In this document: one piece after another, positions 1 to 13,990 of the stretch | How positions within the stretch are numbered: the stretch's first letter is position 1 | Layout of the letters: the number at the start of each line of letters is the position of its first letter | NCBI GenBank assembly: GCA_002269645.1 | Contig: NIVC01003813.1 | Location: 1-64,000, forward strand | Source: Macrostomum lignano | Taxonomy: Eukaryota | Direction: 5' to 3' | DNA length: 64,000 nt | Program-made: the position numbers and the translations under genes | Notes under the pieces: model-generated | Told to the model about the DNA's origin: nothing | Database searches by the model: none | The model's input: the letters and a program-made list of their open reading frames with translations, nothing else

Positions 1-12
1 ACCGGAGAGCCA

Positions 13-3000
13 GTGGACTCCTGGTACTCCCGACTCAACTCAGCGGCCGAGACATGCGAGTTCTCAGCACTCAAGGACTCCCTAATCAGAGATCAGATAG
101 TGGCGACATGCTGCTCCGATAAACTTCGGCGAAGATTGCTGCAGGAGTCCAACATCTCTCTCGGCGATGCGTTGAGACAAGCGCGCGCGTTTGAAGCAGC
201 AGAAGAGCAGGCCACGGCCATTGAGAACTCCAGTAGCATCGCAGCAGTGCACAGAGCGGCACCGAAGCAGTTCAGAGACAGCGGAACGCGCGCCGAACAG
301 TCAGCGGGTCCCTGGCGGCCAAGCAAACAGCGGCCCAACCAGCTGCTATCGATGCGGCGAACGCGGCACAGCTCATGCAACGCGGCAAAAGGCAAACCTG
401 CCTGGCATGCGGCAAGCCAAACCATCTCGCCAAAGCATGCAGACAACGCAGGCCTCAAACAAGCTCCAGCATCAACGCCGTAGCGGACAAAGAAGCTGAG
501 GAGGTCTTCATCGATCACGATTCGCTAAATGAGGAGGCCTTCACTATCCAGTCGCAAAAAACGGCACCTAAGACGCAACTCCGCCAACACTAATCTGAGG
601 ATCGAGGGCAAGGACTTCATCGTACTCGTGGGTAGTGGAGCCAGTTGCAACGTCATGACGAGGAGAACTCGGCGGCTAAGAAATGTTCGACTGCGCAGCG
701 CCATCCATCCAATTTTCAGCTACGGGTCCACAACGCCTCTCCAAGTCCTGGGTGTCGCTGACCTCAACGTGAGCACCGCAGCTAGCAGACAACTAGCTTC
801 ATTCTACATCACCAAAGGCTGTGGAACCACACTACTCGTCGAGAAACCGCTTTCAACATGGAATTCTGCACATCCAACATCCAACAGTTGAAGTCAACTC
901 GGTGCAGCCCACGGAAAATCTAGCCGCATCAGGTATTCAAGAGCTGTTCTCCAAGTACAGAGATGTCGACCAAGATCTTCCAACCGAACTCCGCATCAGC
1001 AGCATCCTTGGTGAGTTTCAGTCAATCTTCGAAGGCCTTGGCTGCGTTAAGGGCGTCGAGGTCGACGTTCGTCTTCGACCAGAAGCTGTCCCAGTCTGTC
1101 ACCCACCCCTCCAGAGTTCCCGTCCACCAGCGGTCGGCGGTCATCGCGGAACTTCAGGCTCTCCTCGACCAAAGAATCATCGAGCGCGTCAACGGCCCGT
1201 CACCGTGGGTCTCCCGCATGGTTGTCGTCCCGAAAGAAGGCGGTGGCATCCGCATCTGCCAAGACCTGCGCGACGTCAACTCATTTGCCGTGCCAGAAAA
1301 GCAGCCCATCCCAACCTTTGAAGAGATCACGGACGAAATGGCGGGTTCCACGGTATTCAGCGAGCTCGACATCGTAAAGGCTTTCCACCAAATTCTTGTC
1401 AAACCGAAATCCGTCACGTCTTCACCTTCAGCACCCCACTGGGTCTCATGCGACTGACCAGACTCAGCATGGGATTCACCAACGCAGCCGAGATATTGCA
1501 AAGGGTTATGACAGGCGTCCTGAGCGGCCTTGACGGTGTCCGATGGGCACACGATGACATCACCGTCTTTGCGAGCACGATGGAAGAGCACAACATCCGA
1601 CTAAAACAGTGCTTCAAGCGCCTACAAGACCATGGAATCACACTCAACCCGAACAAGTGTCGCCTGGCACAGCCTTTCATCGATTTTCTTGGTATGCGCA
1701 TCAGCGCACGAGGCGTTCAGCCTGCAGCCGAGAAGATCAAGGCCGTCAAAGACTTTAAGGAGCCAACAAATGTGTCAGAGCTGCGCTCATTCCTCGGTTT
1801 GGCCACCTACCTGTCCAGGTTCGTTCCGAACTTCTCAGATCTGACGCAGCCAATGCGAGAACTGTTAAAAAAAGGTCATAAATGGTGCTGGTCAGAAAGG
1901 CAACAAGAAGCATTCCTGCAAACAAGAGCAGCGATCTGCAAGGAGAGCGTCCTGGCCTTCTTTGACGTGAATCTCCCAACAGAAGTTCATGTGGACGCCT
2001 CACCAGTCGGCCTGGGTGCCATTCTCAGCCAGGTGGATGAGAAAGGCGTTCGCAAACCGGTCGCCTTCGCCAGCAGGTCGCTCACGCCAGTTGAGCAGCG
2101 ATACGCCCAAATTGAACGCGAGGCGCTTGCGGTGAAATTCGGGTGCCTACGTTTCGAGCACTACCTCAGCGGCTGCCCAGATCTCACAGTCATCACGGAT
2201 CACCGCCCATTAGTCCCGCTTTTTCAACCTGGTTCCAGGCCTCCACCAAGGATTGAACGGATGGCTTTAAGAGTGCAGCACCTCAAATTCAAGCTCATCT
2301 ATTAGCCGGGGCCACAGAATCCAGCGGATGTCCTCAGTAGACAACCTGAAATGCAGACAAAGGACAACCCCGGGGAACTCCTGGACAGACGCTTCATCAA
2401 CGCAGTCGCCATCGGCTCTACTCCGAAAGGACTGAACTTTGCAACAATTCAGGAGGCTTCAAAGTCAGACGGCACGATCCAAGCAGCTCTATCAGCTCTA
2501 CGAACTGGCCAATGGGACAAGCAGAACAGAGAACTGCGAGCCTTGTCCTGCCTGCAGCAGGAGCTTTCAGAACATGACGGCGTGCTACTACGGAGCTCGT
2601 TGATCGTGATCCCGAGCAGCTTACGTCGGACGGTGCTCCAGCTGGCACATGCAGGCCACCAATGCTGCCGAAAAACTATGGACAGACTGCAAACCAAAGT
2701 CTGGTGGCCAGCGATGAGAAGCGACTGCCAGGCGTTCGTCCAGTCTTGCCTTCCCTGCCAAGCGACATCGCCGAAGAGCCTCGCACCGCCACCACTCTCA
2801 CCGTCGCAACTTCCGGACGGAGCATGGCTGGTTCTTGGAATGGACTTTTACGGCCCAGTCCAAGGGAAAATGCTCCTGGTGACAACCGATCTGTTTTCAA
2901 AATTTCCCGAGGTCGACATAGTCAGCTCAACATCAGCAGAGGCAGTGCTTCCGCATCTCCGGACTCTGTTTAGCAGATACGGCATCCCGTTGGAAATCGT

Positions 3001-3691
3001 CAGCGACAATGGACCTCCGTTTAACTCGGCAGAATTCACAAACTTCCTCTCAGAGTTTGGCATCAAGCATCGCCGGATCTGTCCGCTGCACCCCGAGGCG
3101 AACGGAGCGACCGAGCGAGTCAACAGGTGCATCAACAAGGTCATCAGAGCGGCCATCGCAGAAGGACGCAACTGGCGCACCGCACTCGACGACTGGCTGC
3201 TCGCTCATCGCGTCACTCCGCACTCGGCAACCGGCGTGGCACCAGCCGAACTGCTCATGGGCCGAGCTCTCAACGACGGCCTCCCGTCAATCCAACCATC
3301 GCAGCCTGTGCAGCACGACCGCGCCGAACTCGCAAAGCGCCACGAGGCCTACAACAACCAGATCGCAGCAGGTTTCAACCGCTCCAGGAGGGCCAAGGCA
3401 GCCAATGTCAAGCCGGGTTCGGCGGTTCTTCGCAAGCGGACGAGACGCACGAAAATTCAAACGCCTTTCGAGCTCGAACCCTGGACCGTCACCGACAGGT
3501 GAGGCGATTCCTACGTCCTGCGGCAAGGCGACCGGACATGCACTCGCCACCTGACGCACATCCGGCCTCTGACAGCGACCGAGGACCCACCACCAGAAGC
3601 GGACGCCGGCGCCGCCTCGCCGGAGCGCGGCATTGCTGAGAGGCCGCACCCGAGAGCGGCCAAGGACAAGCCTATCAGCTACAGAGTTTGA
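13..3691 (+). pseudogene. Disrupted gag-pol polyprotein
   Basis: Zinc knuckles CYRCG.. and CLACGKPNHLAKAC lie in different frames. Protease LVGSGAS (catalytic D apparently replaced by G). RT (SPWVSRMVVVPK..IRICQDLRDVN; HDDITVF). RNaseH (DASPVGLGAIL; EREALA). Integrase HHCC plus DDE (MDFYGP, SDNGPPF, EANGATER). In-frame stops at 2303-2305 (IY*PGPQNPADVLSR) and 3500-3502 (R*GDSY..RHLTHIR), plus several frameshifts before 1450. Confidence 0.9.
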
Positions 3692-3814
3692 CGGGTTTTG
3701 ACGGGTAACTGGTGCTAAGGGCTGAGACAAGTGTTTTTTACCCTTAATGTTTTATTCCTTTTTCCTTATCCTTTTAATCCGCATTTTTGAGCTTTTTCGT
3801 TTTTTGGGGAGAAG

Positions 3815-4011
3815 TGTAATTGCCTCGCAATATTATTATCAATTTGTTCTAAATAGGCGAGTGAGTTATATTATAAATGTACATCTTGTGTCGCATGAGT
3901 CATGTACGCCGTACGCGTAAAACCTCAAATATATATATCGCTAACCTGGCCAGTTAGGGCCCCATGCTTGATTTTCTCGCTCAGCTTAACACGCGGCCTT
4001 GAGACTTTACA
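3815..4011 (+). repeat. 3' LTR (197 bp) of the Gypsy element
   Basis: Starts TGTAA immediately after the PPT and ends TTACA (5-bp terminal inverted repeat). The 5' LTR is outside the window, so this is not confirmed by pairing. Confidence 0.8.
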
Positions 4012-4470
4012 GATGGGATCTCAATCTGTGCCGGATGGGATCTCAATTTGTGACAGATAGGATCTCAAAATCTATGACAGATGGGATCTCAATCTATGAC
4101 AGATAGGATCTCAATCTGTGACAGATGGGATCTCAATCTGTGCCGGATGGGATCTCAATCTGTGCCGGATGGGATCTCAATCTGTGCCGGATGTGATCTC
4201 AATCTTTGCCGGATGGGATCTTAATCTGTGCCGGATGGGATCTCAATCTTTGCCGGACGGGATCTCAATCTATGACAGATGGGATCTCAATCTATGACAG
4301 ATGGGATCTCAATCTATGACAGATGGGATCTCAATCTATGACAGATGGGATCTCAATCTATGACAGATGGGATCTCAATCTATGACAGATGGGATCTCAA
4401 TCTATGACAGATGGGATCTCAATCTATGACAGATGGGATCTCAATCTATGACATACGGGATCTCAATACG
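4012..4470. repeat. 22-bp minisatellite (GATGGGATCTCAATCTATGACA)n, about 20 copies
   Basis: Direct reading of the sequence; abuts the LTR end. Confidence 0.95.
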
Positions 4471-4519
4471 GGAGTTCAATAATCGTACAATAAGTCCTCA
4501 TTGGCATCCCAGCACCAAC

Positions 4520-4954
4520 CTGATTCTCCAACTGTCGCCGCCATCCCTCAGCCTCCTGCATCCAGTCCCTGGAGATTGGCTCGGCATAGGCTGTCCTTCG
4601 AGCGGATTCGTCCAAATCCGACAGCAGATTTCTGGCTCGCTCCCTTGCCGCTCTCATCTCGTCGGCTGATACGCCGGCTCGCGAGGTCGGCTGCTTTGTG
4701 GTTGAGTCGTCAACTCGGGTGATTCCTGCGCCGCTGAAACCGCCGCGGTATTTCGGCACATAGGCCAGTCTGGATTGCCAGCTTGAGCTGGAGGCGACTC
4801 CATGCTGCTGCGGCACCAATCGACCGCAGTAATCATCGTCCGAATCTGACTCGTAATAATACTCGTCTGAGTCGTCTCCGGCGTCGCATACAAATCGACT
4901 AGACATGATTGATAGCTCGAACTGGCTGAAATAACGAGCAGGTGCCTTGCTCAT
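4520..4954 (-). CDS. Probable first coding exon of an unidentified gene (acidic DSDEYYYESDSDDD tract, predicted helical charged segment); continues through an intron containing the 22-bp array and the Gypsy element
   Basis: GC-rich non-repetitive ORF. Start ATG at 4954 or 4906, preceded by TTATACAG. Plausible donor CAG|GTTGGT at 4520/4519, after which composition changes to repeat DNA. No family recognised. Confidence 0.55.
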
Positions 4955-4984
4955 AAGGGAATCTGTATAACTTTTTACCTCGCT

Positions 4985-5903
4985 ATCTATATACCCGAGT
5001 GCTTAATGATATCGGAGCTAATTACCTTCACTATCTATATACCCGAGTGCTTAATGATATCGGAGCTAATTACCTTCACTATCTATATACCCGAGTGCTT
5101 AATGATATCGGAGCTAATTACCTTCACTATCTATACACCTGAGTGCTTAATGATATCGGAGCTAATTACCTTCACTATCTATATACCTGAATGCTTAATG
5201 ATATCGGAGCTAATTACCTTCACTATCTATACACCTGAATGCTTAATGATATCGGAGCTAATTACCTTCACTATCTATACACCTGAATGCTTAATGATAT
5301 CGGAGCTAATTACCTTCACTATCTATATACCCGAATGCTTAATGATATCGGAGCTAATTACCTTCACTATCTATATACCTGAGTGCTTAATGATATCGGA
5401 GCTAATTACCTTCACTATCTATATACTTGAATGCTTAATGATATCGGAGCTAATTACCTTCACTATCTATACACCTGAATGCTTAATGATATCGGAGCTA
5501 ATTACCTTCACTATCTATATACCCGAATGCTTAATGATATCGGAGCTAATTACCTTCACTATCTATATACCTGAGTGCTTAATGATATCGGAGCTAATTA
5601 CCTTCACTATCTATATACTTGAATGCTTAATGATATCGGAGCTAATTACCTTCACTATCTATATACCTGAATGCTTAATGATATCGGAGCTAATTACCTT
5701 CACTATCTATATACCTGAGTGCTTAATGATATCGGAGCTAATTACCTTCACTATCTATACACTCGAGTCGAGTGCTCAATGATATCGGAGCTAATTACCT
5801 TCACTATCTATATACCTGAGTGCTTAATGATATCGGAGCTAATTACCTTCACTATCTATACACTCGAGTGCTCAATGATATCGGAGCTAATTACCTTCAC
5901 TAT
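4985..5903. repeat. 48-bp minisatellite (ATGATATCGGAGCTAATTACCTTCACTATCTATATACCYGAGTGCTTA)n, about 19 copies
   Basis: Direct reading; produces the spurious MISELITFTIYIPECL ORF. Confidence 0.97.
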
Positions 5904-7719
5904 GACAGAGTTCTTGAAACAATAGAATGTACAAGGTTTTATAATTATTCAACTGCTTTCAGTTCATTTAATTCTTTCATATGTAGCTCTCAAAATGTAC
6001 AACACATTACTAGGAAATTGTGAAGTAATGTGTACTTTTTGCCTAAGAGAGCACAATGTACTTTTGCAAGATTTAAAAATTGAGCGCAGACATTATAATA
6101 ATGAGTCTGGAACAGAGTGCATCTTGCATTTTGATTTATATTACAAATATGAAATTTCTCAATACTAGCAACCCCTACCCACTCAAATCATATGAACATT
6201 AGTAATTATAATGTAGCTTGCCAAAAATGCTGCAGAAGTTATTCTTCTGCAACAAGCATAGAAAAGCTAGATCTGGCACAAGCTATTTGTTATGTTGCAA
6301 GATTAAAAAATTGAGCACAGACATGCAAGTATTATTGGTCTGGAACAGAGTGCATCTTGCATAATTAGATAATATTGGTACATTATGTACTTTGCTTATA
6401 CTGAGGAGTGAATCAATGTTTACTACATTTTTACCTAATATTCTAACAACTAACTATATTTTTTACTATGAGTAGCTAACCGACACCTAAAGGTTTTTTT
6501 AAATAGTCTTCCAACTATACTTATTGTCTTGTGTGCCGAAAAAAAACACAAAAGAGGCAACAGCCGCTAATATTAAATTTTTATTTGTGCGCCAAGAACT
6601 CGCAGATCAGATGAATTTTGTTATAACTTGATCTACGAAGTGAAACACAAACTTCCAGAATTCTTGAATCCAAATTCAAACAAAAATTTACTTGTTTTAT
6701 AATTATTATCGTAGCGACAGTAGTATCAGTAGTCAGTAGTATATAGGCATGGCCACCACTACCAGTAGTATGCGGTAGTACGAGAGGCTCGACATCAAAG
6801 AGAAACTGCACAGATTACTGATGCGAGTTAAAACACGGATCACAATATTTTCAAGTATAAAAAGACATTATTTTAATTAGCTACTCTGAGTAATAGGTAT
6901 ATATGCATTAGAATATTAAATATATGTACTTTGACCAGCCGATTAAACAGAAACGCAAGCGAATATAATAAAGTACATAGAAAGAAACAATTTGGAAATA
7001 TTATTGAAACTGCAGGGCTATCAATAAGGAATTATAATGAATCAGGAGCCAGTGCTATCAATATTAAAAAGGTTATAATTCAGAGCAGTCGGAAAAAACA
7101 CGGGGATTTTAACTTTAACATAAACTGCATTTCCACCAATGCAGTTTCAAAATCGCAATAATCAAAACTGTTGCTTTTTCTGTCAAGAGAAACTCAAAGA
7201 AGGAACACAAGGGGGTTAGGAAAACTAACTAGACAACTAAGCTATGTAGTTTGAAAATAAAAAAAATTACAAGACGACAACACTGCATTACTACTGAAAG
7301 TGTGAAAACTATGGAATTATGGAATATTAAAAGTTATAATTAAAGCAGCATCGTCTAACTTGTTGGTCGATAATGTGATGACGAAAACTGACGTTTCAAT
7401 ATCGTCATCAGTTATGCAATAAGTAAAATCACAGTGCAAAGCGAACAGGTTTATTGGCATGCCTCTGTGTAATAAATATTTGTTTATTTAATAATACGCT
7501 CGTAATGATGATATGTACTTTATGCGGATGTACTAATAAACTAAATACCCCCCCCCCGATTACTATATAAACTACTTGGATCAAATAGACAGAAGCAGCA
7601 TAGACAAAAAGTTACAATAGAATAGACAGGAAACTATATTAAAATAAAACAAGAATACATGTAACACAGTTAACTGAACATATTTGGTTGCATTATTATC
7701 TACGGTAATTATTCTTAGA

Positions 7720-7921
7720 CATACATGCGCAGCAACCTGATTTACACCGGCCGTGCGACTTACTTCTTAACCAAAAATGTAACTTGCCTAAGAAAAAAAC
7801 CTAAGCGAAATAAACGTTATTGAATGTAAACGGTAGGAGTAACTATGACTGTATTATTAAGGTTAAATACCTCGGCATCTAATTAGTAACTCGCTAGATG
7901 ACAGGATGTTGCGCATGAATG
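7720..7921. mobile_element. MITE, CATACATG family (copy 1, 202 bp)
   Basis: TIRs CATACATGCGCAGC / GTTGCGCATGAATG; perfect 8-bp TSD TTCTTAGA (7712-7719, 7922-7929). Confidence 0.88.
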
Positions 7922-8143
7922 TTCTTAGAACAAAAAATTTTCCTGTTGATATTCAATACCCGTAGTTATCATCATCAAACTTACTAATATAATTAGCGAT
8001 GACAACAGATCTTGAACAATCAAGTAATTAATCAAAAAGTAAAAACAGAGGGGGCTTGTCTAGTCAGTAGAAGGTCAGTAGGGTAAGGGAAACTGAATGT
8101 CGGTACTAAAAGACCGGCCAGAAGCCTTACAATAATTAATTTT

Positions 8144-10408
<2,265 letters not shown>

Positions 10409-12390
10409 TTAACAAATACAATTAATCAACACTTTTTTCAATTCAGGGTCAGTGTATTTCTGGGGAGATTTGCGCTACTCACAATGCTGGCTTGCAACTG
10501 ATCAGTTAACATGCATTTGAGGAAATATATATTATTTAACTAGAAATGGTTGCAAGAATCAAATAAAAAAACTTTTATCATAATACCAATCTCCAAGAAC
10601 TTTTGAACCCTTCTGTTTTGGTAATGGCCTAGCTTTTTTGGTGCCCCCTATAGTAGCCAATGGTAGTAAATTAGTGAATGACCATTATTATGGATAGTAT
10701 CTAGTCACCAGTGCAATAGGTTAGTTGGTACCAAATTAGCATAATCATTAGGTATACTATTTATGTTTTCATTAAAATGATAATTATTAAATACGAGCTA
10801 TATTATTGTTTTATTGTATAATACATTTATTATATGGTATATTCAAGTTCTCTATTATAGATATAGCCAAGGTCTGAACTATGCTAGAAACCCGTTTCCT
10901 ATGCTAGATTGTGCCAGATTGCACTGCCAAAGGCCAATTGATAATTGTGCTATATTGGATAATGTCTGCAATAATTACCATTGGTTGCAATAGGCAGTGA
11001 AAATGTTTCATGCTTGATATATTGCATGTGGCTAAGGTATAGATGCATACAAATTCAAAAAATAAAATTAGATCAGGTTGAGCTTGAGCCCTGGGTTCTA
11101 ATGTATAATAGGCCTAGACAATTAAATGGTAGATTCATATCATTGAAAGTCAGAGTTCCAAGGTGTGGCATAAGTGGTAATCCTCCATAGTCAAGAAGAT
11201 GGTCTTTTGCATGGAAAATTCTGGCACAAAAGGAGGTTGGATATGTGCCATGCCGGTGCATTCTGGTGCAACAGCAGGCAAAGGAGAAAAATCCAGCATA
11301 ATATGGCCCAAGACAAAATAATTGGCACAATTTGGTACAAAACAAAAACTTCCGATTAGACAATATTTTTTGAGACAGAAAATTAGCATGTATTTCTTTT
11401 TATTAGAACCTTTTTTGATAGTGTATTGACAGATTTTTTAATTAACATACGTTACCATTGCATTTTCTATGAAACAGATTTAAATACAAGCTCTACTAGT
11501 AGCTTGTATTTTTCAAATGGAAAATTACTGATTTTTGTGTTTTTTTTCAAAATGCTGTAGTACATGTTGCAAGCAAACTTTTTTGTTAGGAATAATTCTG
11601 ATGCATGGTATAAGCAACTTTTTTTAAAGGATTTATTCTGGTGCACAGTGTAATCAAACTTTTTTGATAGGATTTGTTCCGGTACAAGTGTGCCATGATC
11701 CTGACTATAGGCAATCCTATTAGACCATTGCCTTAAACTGACTTTTATTAAATTTTATTACTTTAAACTTTCATTGATCATGAATTTTTACTTTTTTGTC
11801 TATGGGAAAAACCCTTTACTATTGCACCTTTCTTAGTAATTTCTTTAGTTCACCATCACTTTTCTTTGTTTACTTGTTTTTTTTCTGTCTAGTTCAACCT
11901 TGCTATTCCTCTTTCTCTTTCTTGCCAACTGATTGGCTCTCCATTCTTTGTCTCTTTTTATTTGCAAATTTCATCTCTTTCATTATTATTCTAGACTCAA
12001 CTCCTCTCTTTAAGTTGGTTTTCTAAACATATTGGTTTGGGCCCTGCACACTCTTAATACTATTTCTGCTTTGCTTTTCAATTTAGTTCTAATAAATAAA
12101 TTTGTCCTAAAAACAAATAACCTAATCTATATTCTACATCAATTAAAAAATTAAATGTATGTATATACAAAATATAATTAAAAAATTCCTTTTTTGGCCT
12201 TGATAGAGCTTTAGTAAATTAATATAGGTGCCAGTTTAATCATTGTTATATTTAGATCTAACATCAACAATATGTTTGCTCTTTCTTGCAAAAAATCTAC
12301 TGCTTTATATGCCTCTCTTGGTCAATTTTTTGTTCTGGGCACTGGATATATAAAGTGCACTCAGAGACAAAGTGTCCATGAATTTTTTTT

Positions 12391-12640
12391 GGAAGTGCTT
12401 ATCCCCACAGTCCTATGCTGATAATTCTAATTTTATCCACACGGATCCATGTTGATAATTTCTAGCTTATCCCCACAGCAGCTTATTGAAATAGCTGCTA
12501 CTATTCAAGTCTATAGGCCATGTCAATAATTCCAATTTTATCCATATAGATCTGTGTCAACAATTTTTAGCTTATCCCCATAGCTAAGATTGTGTAGCTT
12601 TTTGTTTAGTTTTGTATACTGGTGTTAAATAGATATTATC

Positions 12641-12671
<31 letters not shown>

Positions 12672-13014
12672 CTATATATTGAATTTTGAAATTTGCAAGT
12701 CTCATTTGCCTCAATCTTAGGGTCCATTAGGTCATTCTAAGTGAAGCCAACAGCTAAGCAAATATTTAAAATTAACCCTTTAAACAACCAAAAAGTTTTA
12801 CCAAAGTACTCAATACTATTCAATATTCAATAGTTTATTTCATATTTGGAAGATTTATAAAACACTGAAAACAAACAGATGGTTTTTGAATAGATTCATT
12901 TTAAGGTTCTATATTCCAATAAGCTGCCGTGGGAATAAGCTGAAAATTATTGACACAGATCCATGTGAATAAAATTGGAATTATCAGCATGGGACCATGG
13001 GGATAAGAACTTCC
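12391..13014. mobile_element. Non-autonomous element with ~105-bp imperfect TIRs (GGAAGT..ACTTCC); Mutator- or Merlin-like MITE
   Basis: 12391-12495 matches the reverse complement of 12909-13014. T-rich flanks on both sides (ambiguous 9-bp TSD). A partial internal repeat of the arm lies at ~12520-12600. Confidence 0.7.
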
Positions 13015-13373
13015 TTTTATTTTTTGTCTATGGTAAAAAGGCTTTGTAACAGAGAAGTTCAATGTTCAAGTCTTGACTTGGCATTTCTTTAAGCAAGCCC
13101 TAGTCTGCAATAGCTTTTTTAGCTTTCTAGCAATCTTTATATAGCCTAGCTTATAATAGAATTAACAACTTTTCCTATTAATTGGCAAAACTATCTAGTT
13201 TGACATGTTCCTATTTTATAGGCCTATTGTAGGTACCATTTTGCTTTAGAGTACAGCTAAGAAAAGCATACAAAATTTATGAAGACTTGCCTGCAGACTA
13301 TATATTAACATAGATAGATAGGATTACTACTGCCTATGCCTTCTTATGATACTATGTTATCAAAGAACAAGTC

Positions 13374-13990
13374 CATACATGCGCAACTGCTGGCTGACCT
13401 GGCCACCATAAATTGTGGTAGACTAGGGGTAAGTCGCAAAAATGCCCATCCCAAAGAATATAGATATAGTACTAATTAGATGATGAGGCATTTAGCCCTT
13501 ATAAGACAGACATAGTTACTCCTGTTGTTTACCCAAAATTGTGTTAATGTTGCTCTAGGGTTTCTTTCAACACCCTAATGGAAAAGTGACATTTTCCCGG
13601 ACATGTGTCCGGCACATTTTTTAAATTTCAGGTTGGTGCAGCGTGGCTATGGGAAGTCACGTGTTTGGCATGGCACGATGCAATGCAGGAGGTTGCGCAG
13701 CGGCAAGACGCAGCATAGGAGGTTGCGTAGCAGCGCGACATGGCGCAGTATGGTGCAACCCAAGTCGCAACAAGGAAATATATATGTAGCGCGACATGGA
13801 GCTTGGCTTGGAGCTTTTAGCTTGGCGCACTTTTAGGGCTAAATTTTTGGCCTTGGCGCACTTTTAAGCTAAAGGCTGTCGCTTCTTGGCGCATGTCCGA
13901 GCAGTTTATGCAAAAATTCCAATTGGGTTTCACAGGTAAATCACATTTTTGGTTAAAAAGTAAGTCACATGGCCAGTGTAAATCTAGGGG
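13374..13990 (-). mobile_element. MITE, CATACATG family (copy 2, reversed, interrupted by a ~355-bp insert at 13573-13927)
   Basis: CATACATGCGCAAC at 13374, then the reverse complement of the family body (CTAATTAG..GAGGCATTT..AGTTACTCCTG..TTTACCC). The body resumes after the insert as GGTTAAAAAGTAAGTC..GGCCAGTGTAAATC. The second TIR was not found. Confidence 0.6.

Larger units (their letters stand above)
1..4011 (+). mobile_element. Ty3/Gypsy LTR retrotransposon (Mag-like), 5'-truncated by the window edge, decayed
   Basis: Domain order gag(CCHC)-PR-RT-RNaseH-IN is the Gypsy order. A polypurine tract GGGGAGAAG (3806-3814) is followed by a TG...CA LTR. Confidence 0.93.

Noticed and set aside
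2303-3502. Programmed readthrough or frameshifting in the Gypsy pol
   Set aside because: The stops fall inside conserved motifs (one is consistent with CGA>TGA decay), there are multiple extra frameshifts, and the protease Asp appears lost. Ordinary decay explains this.
93-3730. Antisense and alternate-frame ORFs over the retroelement, GT32, GTDC1, LC3 and RAD23 exons
   Set aside because: They are shadow ORFs of GC-rich coding sequence with no recognisable motifs.
6068-6362. ~60-bp direct repeat pair (6068-6130, 6299-6362)
   Set aside because: An old local duplication in AT-rich DNA with no TIR, TSD or coding signal.
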